64,000 nucleotides of DNA from Glaucostegus cemiculus (lineage: Eukaryota): contig CDPCPM010000014.1 of the NCBI GenBank assembly GCA_976551045.1, forward strand, positions 20,832,001 through 20,896,000, given 5' to 3'. Made by a program: the position numbers and the translations under genes. This document shows, one piece after another, positions 59,510-64,000 of the stretch. The notes under the pieces are model-generated. The model did no database searches. It was given only the letters and a program-made list of their open reading frames with translations, and was not told the origin of the DNA. Position 1 is the stretch's first letter. Each line of letters begins with the position of its first letter.

Positions 59510-60452
59510 GTGAGTATTGAATATTTTTGTGCATTAATATTTTGGAAATTCTAATAAAGATTTTTCAGAATAAGATTTCCAGTGTTAAAACTAAATACCC
59601 AATATCCTTTATAAACTTGGTCTGTACGATCTTGTCTGTTTAGTTGCATGAGAGTTTAAAGGTTTTTTGAACTAAATGGAATTAAAGAATAAAGAAATCA
59701 ATTGGGGGAGGAGGAGGAAGTAAACGTGCAATCAGAAATGAGCTTTACTGTGTCTTTCCCAAAATACATAGTTAGACCTGTCACTTACTACATTAAACCT
59801 GATTTTACCAGTTTCTTGTGAGATTGTTTTTGGAGAAATAGCCTATAAGATGTATTTTAAGATAGCTTATCTAATTGTAAAATTGTGCTGTGCTTAAAGT
59901 TGGTTCATTTTGTTTTCAATTTGGTTTCAGTTTAAATCATTTCAGTTTACTTTTATCTAGTTTATTTTGCTGATGTTTTTGGTTAGAAAGATTTTAACCC
60001 ACACTGATTTTAATGTACTCACTTTTGTTAGATCAGTATTACATTTGTTTGCAGTTCTGTCCTGTTTCAATTAAAATAAAGCCTGCTAATGGTATTAGCA
60101 TCTATATATATATTTTCAGGATACTCACATCAGCTTATAATTGTCCAGGATTTGCTGTACTCTGTATTCTGGTCCAGTTTTATTACAAGTTATTGATTTT
60201 GTGCTTATGGTGGAAATTACTGTGGTTCTATTATATCACTTTGACATGGTGAATTTATTCAGAATGTTAAAAGTTGGCCGTTGCCAACTTCAGTTGAGAA
60301 TATTGATTTGTTTTGCTATTGAACTAACTAGTTTGCAGAAAATATTTTTTCTCTATTCTCAGTTGCATAGATTCTTCATTTCTAGAGATGCAGTATTATT
60401 TACAGACAAGAAATAGGCTCATTAATATTTTTCCTGATTTCTGTTTTCACAG

Positions 60453-60565
60453 ACTGTATTTCTTAGTATCCTAATGAGGTCTATTGGTAATAAGAACACT
60501 GTTCTTCTTGGCCTTGGATTTCAAATGTTGCAGCTGGCTTGGTATGGCTTTGGATCCCAGCCCTG
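60453..60565 (+). CDS. MFSD14B: MFSD14B exon 9 (113 bp)
   Basis: cacag|TVFLSILMRSIGNKNTVLLGLGFQMLQLAWYGFGSQP-W|gtaagc. FLSILM, NTVLL and FQMLQ are MFSD14B-type. Confidence 0.95.
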
Positions 60566-60928
60566 GTAAGCAGACATGCTTCACTAAGATGCTGGCATGT
60601 TTTCTGTAAAATGCAATCATGCATATCTAGTAGTGCTAGAAACAACTGGTTTTTTTTTTGAATACTTAAGTTTACACATTCCTCCTTATGGGAACTTTGT
60701 ATAATTCTGTGTGTGCGGTATGTATAAATGCAAGCAAGAATCACATTATTTTTACAATATTTCCAGAAAAGAAAATAATTTCTAAATTCATATTTTCAGT
60801 TTGTGGAAATAAAGCATAAATTATAGTATAGAAACTGGCTGCAGTCCTGCTCTTGGGTCATAATTGCACAAAGGGAATTGGAAAAAAAGGTTCTGATATT
60901 AGTCCTTAATTGTTGCTTGCTGTTTTAG

Positions 60929-61026
60929 GATGATGTGGGCAGCAGGAGCTGTAGCAGCAATGTCCAGTATTACTTTTCCAGCAGTCAGTGCTCTGGTTTC
61001 AACAAATGCAGCTTCTGATCAGCAAG
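60929..61026 (+). CDS. MFSD14B: MFSD14B exon 10 (98 bp), GC donor; later exons lie outside the window
   Basis: tttag|(W)MMWAAGAVAAMSSITFPAVSALVSTNAASDQQ-G|gcaagt. Confidence 0.9.
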
Positions 61027-61769
61027 GCAAGTAATTTCACCTCATTTTATGTATTAAGCAGACAAACTTTATTCATTGTCAATGTTCAACTTGAAATTTA
61101 ACTGTTACTTGTTGATAATTATAAAAGTGTTCCAAAGATCAGTTCTGAGTTCTGCAGTCGTCTAGTTGTGAATACATTGTTCATGCATGTAATGCATTCT
61201 ATAAGTTAATAATCTTCAGCAGAGCAATTACTCGTAGAATATGCCTTTGAATCTGGTTGCCTTTCTAACTCTTCCAAACCTAGAATTATCTTATGTACAT
61301 CTAAGCTTTTCGAGCAAGGAGAAGCTGGTGTTTTTTAATATAACATTGGATATTACAACTTGGAATTTGCAGCCTGAAAGGGCATGAAAGCTAGTTTAGT
61401 ACTAAATTACAGTAAGATGAAAAATTTGCAACACTTTGAAGGGATAGCAAGTGAACAAGGAGCTGGTAAAGAAATGGCAGGCCAAATGGCCACCTCCACA
61501 TATTTATTGTGACCAGACTGTGTACATAAAAAACCAATCTGCATAGATTGAGTAAATTGGTACAATACTTGAGTGGATGCCAAGCATTTTCTGTGTCCAA
61601 AATAAGAGTTTTGACATGATCTTTAAGTCACTTCCAACTTGGTCTCCTGCATTTAGTGTACATCATGTTGCCTCCTCTACACTGTTGAAACCAAGCATAG
61701 ACTAGAAGACTGTTTTGCAGAGCACCTACACTGTGTCTGCAATACCTCCTAGCTCTTGAGTTAATAGGT

Positions 61770-62150
61770 TATGGGTTCTTTACCCCATCAATTCTCATTC
61801 CAGAAACTTGTGCACAAAATTCAGGCTGACACTGTAATCCAAAAATGGTGACTGCTGCATCACTGGATCTCAAACTGAGACTACACGTGGTTTGTCTGGT
61901 GAATGTAAAATGTCCCGTGACGTTATTTGAAGAAGAGTTGTGGAGTTCTCCCATCAATCTAACCAATCTTGATCCTTTAACCACCACAATTAAACTGTTG
62001 CTACATAACCACTTTGGAGAACTTTCATTTGGGCACTTAGCTGCCATAATTCCTTGCGTTACAATGAATGCACTTCAGGAGTATGGTATTAACTGTGAAA
62101 TACCTTAGGACAACCTTGATAGAGAAGAAAAATTACAATGTAAATTGAAA
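61770..62150 (+). mobile_element. Old Deu-domain SINE (SacSINE1/AmnSINE-like)
   Basis: CCAGAAACTTGTGCACAAAATTCAGGCTGACACT..GGTGAATGTAAAATGTCCCGTG..TATTTGAAGAAGAG..GGAGTTCTCCC..AGCTGCC..TTACAATGAATGCACTTCA. Confidence 0.55.
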
Positions 62151-64000
62151 TTAGTAATGTAAATTCACCTTCCAGATCCTTCTTTCAAAAGAATCAGATT
62201 TGCCTATTAAAATTAAAGAATACTGATTGCACCCTTTTGTTTATATGGTTGGATTAAGTTATATTGGGTTAGTGATGCATTTTAATCTACCTTTAAGAGT
62301 GGGCTTTCATGACTTGACATCTATTTATCAAAAATCAAAATTTGTTCACAAAACTTGTGAAAACATAGTCAAAGGATCTGTGACTTACAAGAGGTTCAGA
62401 TGCTGAAATTCCTGTGTGGGTGGAACAAATAAATTGGGCACAATGAGCTTCAGCACAGCTCTAACATCATTTACAAGTGGAGCTTAAACATAACTTTACT
62501 ATTCTCAGTTGCCTTTCTCCATGTTTGAGCTATGTGTCATACATATAAATTGCAGACAATTGATTAAGTCTACAATAAGTCATAGTCCACGAATTCCTGT
62601 ATTATGGTTGATCAAGTCACCTGACTCCATCAACATGATGAAGGAAATCATACGGCTGAGCCAGAGCTTATAGTCTCAGAACTGGTTCTTGGTTAAGTGA
62701 AGTTTCTATTATTAATGGAAATACTGAGTATCTGCTGAGATTTTGCAAGGATTTTCCAAAGCCATCGTTTGACTAATCCATAACTATACCACACAAGCTT
62801 TGTGCATAGTTTAATTTTTATTATAACAATAGTTTTTCCAAGAAATTGCACAATTAACAAGTTCAATCCATAACGTGGTGTTTTTCACAGTTTTGTTAAC
62901 AGTCTAAGTTAACACAATGAGCAATAAACGTATCTTGGCTACATGGTTACATTTGATTGCAAAGATTCATGATAATTATTCTTAAAATATGATGCCTAGC
63001 TTGGCCAAGTTTTTATATACTTCTATATATGCAGGCAAGATTACTTCCTTGTGTGCGTGTGTGAAAAAGAAAATGTGCTAAGAGAATATACTCTGTTGAC
63101 ATTAGGAACCTTGCAGTTCTTAAATTCTATCACAGCTATTAATCTGATCTTTGAGTAATGGTTCAATTTCAGAATTTGTTTTCTTTGCTGTTCCATTGAA
63201 ATTACTTTTGTCACTCCTCTGAATGAGGAAATATAGGAACCCCATTTTAATTAAAGTAATTATTGAGAAACAGATTTTGATTATTCTGAGCATTTACTTA
63301 GAAGATATTTATAATAAAACTTATACAACCTTGAGGTTAAACTAAGCCTTTGCTCCATCTTGCTACAAAGGTATGCCAAAATAAGGATTTAATCACAATC
63401 TAAAAATAGCTAAGTTATCGTGGTAACCACTTCCCTTCTTTCTTGTGTCAGAGTCCTGCAATGATCTTAGAAAGATTGCTGTGGATGAAGAACAATTATC
63501 TCCGGGTGGATTGTTTGTGGTCAGCTTGGTGATGGCTTTTATTTTTGTTTCCTGTCATTAAACATTTGATTCTTCTCCAATTTTTTGGACTCCACCCAGT
63601 TTTAACTGAGGAAACATGCAATAGTGGCCCTTGTGTCAGAGGAGGGTGTCATTATCCAGTTTAAGTCTTTACATATTGAATTTCTCAACACCTCAAATAA
63701 AAACTAATGTGCAAAATCAATTTTGGCAAGATAATGGATTTTATTTGAATTTTTGGGAAATGTCATTGTCCTTTATAATGGACTGCAGGTTTTGATAAAC
63801 GAATCCTTCGTAGAGTTAGTCATTTTGTTATATTTAAAACATAACTGTACTCCCTATGGTTTTCAACTCCTGATTTGTCCCAAGGGTAGATGTCCTGGCT
63901 ACTTTAAATCCCACAAATCCAAAATGGTTACAACACAAAAGGAAGCCATTTGGTCTGTCAAGTCTACACTAGATCTATTGCAAAAGCAATCCAGGTTGTC

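Noticed and set aside
61027-64000. Search for MFSD14B exon 11 (expected G-V-x-Q-G-x-I-T-G-I-R-G-L-C-N-G)
   Set aside because: No such coding sequence was found; it must lie beyond the window.
1-64000. Prokaryotic systems (CRISPR arrays, operons, retrons, defence islands), rRNA or bona fide tRNA genes
   Set aside because: The sequence is spliced vertebrate DNA. There are no regularly spaced repeat arrays, the RT ORFs are LINE-type, and tRNA-like boxes occur only in SINE heads.

Overview
This is eukaryotic, not prokaryotic, DNA: an AT-rich, repeat-dense vertebrate genomic segment. The repeat landscape (CR1, Rex1/Babar, RTE, Penelope-like elements, V-SINE/HE1-like and Deu-domain SINEs) suggests a cartilaginous fish, probably a ray or sawfish (inference). 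The main gene is a + strand MFS transporter, MFSD14B/HIATL1. Coding exons 1-10 were reconstructed by hand (10570/10747-10821, 34906-35001, 38177-38239, 42797-42924, 43422-43536, 56757-56975, 58724-58837, 59438-59509, 60453-60565, 60929-61026), all with compatible phases. The last exons lie beyond the window, and intron 10 starts with a non-canonical GC donor. At the far left, the probable first coding exon of a divergent, kelch-repeat-like gene (minus strand, 145-84) was missed by the ORF track. Most other long ORFs are retroelement fragments, including a ~3.5 kb young CR1 LINE in intron 5. The most interesting non-coding observations are: three Penelope-associated minimal hammerhead ribozyme relics (two in a ~1 kb inverted structure in intron 1), a uORF-rich 5' leader with two in-frame starts and an (AGCCCC)n repeat, a candidate unannotated exon in intron 1, two strong intronic hairpins, a fossil PIF/Harbinger transposase, and two unexplained local duplications. 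All family assignments come from motif recognition only, with no database search, and repeat boundaries are approximate.
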